Shown piece after piece: positions 48,401 through 49,749 of a stretch of DNA of 49,749 nt; positions within the stretch are counted from its first letter, which is position 1; every line of letters begins with the position of its first letter. The stretch is from assembly GCA_964494125.1 (NCBI GenBank), contig CAZBQO010000001.1, forward strand, positions 1-49,749. Reading direction: 5' to 3'. The notes below the pieces were generated by a model. The model did not search any database, was not told the origin of the DNA, and worked only from the letters and a program-made list of their open reading frames with translations. This stretch comes from an uncultured Nitrospira sp. (GTDB lineage Bacteria > Nitrospirota > Nitrospiria > Nitrospirales > UBA8639). Position numbers and translations under genes: made by a program.

Positions 48401-48961
48401 ATGAGAAAACCCTCAGAAGTGACCGGTGACCGCGCTTTGCTGATTTATACGTTACATTTGACCGAATCCATGGGTCTGATGAGTGACGTGAAACTTCAAC
48501 AATTATTATTCCTTTGTGAATTGCAAATGTTGGGGAAAGGATTGAAAGGGTTGCATTTTGAATTCGTACGATTTCCCTATGGGGCCTTTAGCAAGGATGT
48601 GGATAATGATTTGCTCTTCTTGCGTAGGAAGGAACGGATAGAGAATTTTGATGTCACGGAACAGGCTCAGGTCGTTGTGGGCTTGGTTGAGAAGATCATG
48701 AAGGAACCCGAAGCCAATCAACAGGTCATGGAAATTATTCACACGGTGGTTGAGAAATATGGGCCTATGGATACCAGCGCCATTATGAGTGCCGTGGAGG
48801 CAGTGGAATTAGGTCCCGCTGATAATCCGGAGCAAAAACTTGCCATCCGGGATATTTCCTTCCACACCATTATGCTGGTGCCCTCCCGGATTGAAGCGAC
48901 CGAAGCCATCACGCTTTCACCCGCACAGGTAAAATCCTTAAATACGGCGATGGGGTATTAA
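48401..48961 (+). CDS. SocA/Panacea (DUF4065)-like protein
   Basis: KLQQLLFL...F.RFPYGAFSKDV resembles the KLQKLLY...YGP signature; AGGGAG RBS. Confidence 0.6.
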   Translation: MRKPSEVTGDRALLIYTLHLTESMGLMSDVKLQQLLFLCELQMLGKGLKGLHFEFVRFPYGAFSKDVDNDLLFLRRKERIENFDVTEQAQVVVGLVEKIMKEPEANQQVMEIIHTVVEKYGPMDTSAIMSAVEAVELGPADNPEQKLAIRDISFHTIMLVPSRIEATEAITLSPAQVKSLNTAMGY

Positions 48962-49085
48962 GGCCCAATCGACCTCTGGATGACGGTGTATCCTTGCCGT
49001 GCAATTATTGAGGGTCAGGGGAGCATGAGAGGTCCCGAGGCCGAACATGGGTCCGGCCTCGGTGTTGTGAATTGGAATTCTGGGA

Positions 49086-49412
49086 TTACTTGGTAGGCGA
49101 GGCTTCTTCAGGAGAAGCTGTTGAGCCGACGGTAAAGGTATCCCGCAGTGCTTCCAGTCTGACCTTCCCCACGCCCTTCACTTTCCCCAGATCATCGAAT
49201 GATTTAAAGGCGCCATGATCTTTTTTGTAGGCGAGGATGTTGTGGGCGATATCCTGTCCCACGCCTTTGACGGCTTCGAGTTGTTCAAGACTGGCAGTGT
49301 TAATGTCAATCTTGTTTACGGTAGCTTCTGCCCAGGACATGGGAAACAACAGGCCAACGGACAGAACCAGAGCAAACATGAAGACCGAAAATTGTTGTGA
49401 ATGAAGCCTCAC
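49086..49412 (-). CDS. comEA: ComEA-like helix-hairpin-helix DNA-binding protein
   Basis: IDINTAS.EQLE.VKGVG...A..I...G.FKS..DL.KVKGVG; signal peptide; GTG 49412 after AAGGAG. Confidence 0.85.
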   Translation of the reverse strand: MRLHSQQFSVFMFALVLSVGLLFPMSWAEATVNKIDINTASLEQLEAVKGVGQDIAHNILAYKKDHGAFKSFDDLGKVKGVGKVRLEALRDTFTVGSTASPEEASPTK

Positions 49413-49577
49413 GGAACACACTCCTTTCAAAATGGTTGAAACGTGTCGTTGCTGTTCTTCCCTTTCACGGGGAGAAGGCCACGAATGAATGAGTGAGGCT
49501 AGGGAGCAGAAGGATTGAAGAGCAATCTGTCGGAGGTGGTATCTTGGGAATGTCAAAAGCCCAATAAATGTGAAAAT

Positions 49578-49748
49578 TTACTGAGGTGAGGAATTAGTAA
49601 CGGTTGTCGGAAATTGATACAAGGTGCCGAATTTCTGTCTGAGGTCTTGAATAAATGGTTCAGGAGTCAGGGCCTGCCCAGTCACGCGTGTGATTAAATC
49701 GGCTGCCGTGTACTGTCGTCCCCAACGATGCACCTTATCATTCAGCCA
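49578..49748 (-). CDS. M32 carboxypeptidase, C-terminal end (partial)
   Basis: Manual translation WLNDKVHRWGRQYTAADLITRVTGQALTPEPFIQDLRQKFGTLY... matches the M32 C-terminus. Confidence 0.8.
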   Translation of the reverse strand, partial: WLNDKVHRWGRQYTAADLITRVTGQALTPEPFIQDLRQKFGTLYQFPTTVTNSSPQ

Positions 49749-49749
49749 G

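Noticed and set aside
1-49749. CRISPR arrays, tRNA/rRNA genes, integrases, defence systems
   Set aside because: No regularly spaced repeats, RNA-gene signatures or such proteins were seen by eye.

Overview
Positions 1-32.2 kb are core chromosome. They hold the 3' end of tuf, the complete S10-spc-alpha ribosomal protein superoperon (including an rpmJ missed by the ORF track), lptCAB-rpoN-rapZ, pilMNOP (no pilQ), aroC-aroB (no aroK), a GAF-GAF-ANTAR regulator, glutamine-dependent nadE and glnD. Gene order and protein style suggest a Nitrospirota (Nitrospirales-like) bacterium, but that is inference. Positions 32.2-49.7 kb are an accessory region organised around iron/metal: a fur gene and four Fur-box-like operators, each placed on or just downstream of a sigma70-like promoter. 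Two candidate systems stand out. (1) A promoter / twin-hexaloop / overlapping-terminator ANTAR attenuator sits in front of nadE-glnD, directly downstream of a GAF-GAF-ANTAR gene. (2) A putative Fur-controlled flavinylation-based extracytoplasmic redox/iron-uptake module comprises an unannotated Com-like Zn finger, a porin, a lipoprotein, an FMN-binding protein, a His-containing 4-TM protein and ApbE. Nearby are a MauG/BthA-type di-haem enzyme, two degenerate peroxiredoxin-fold paralogues and a Fur-controlled leader/sRNA that displays an anti-Shine-Dalgarno loop. All motif and structure calls were made by eye; no searches or folding programs were run.
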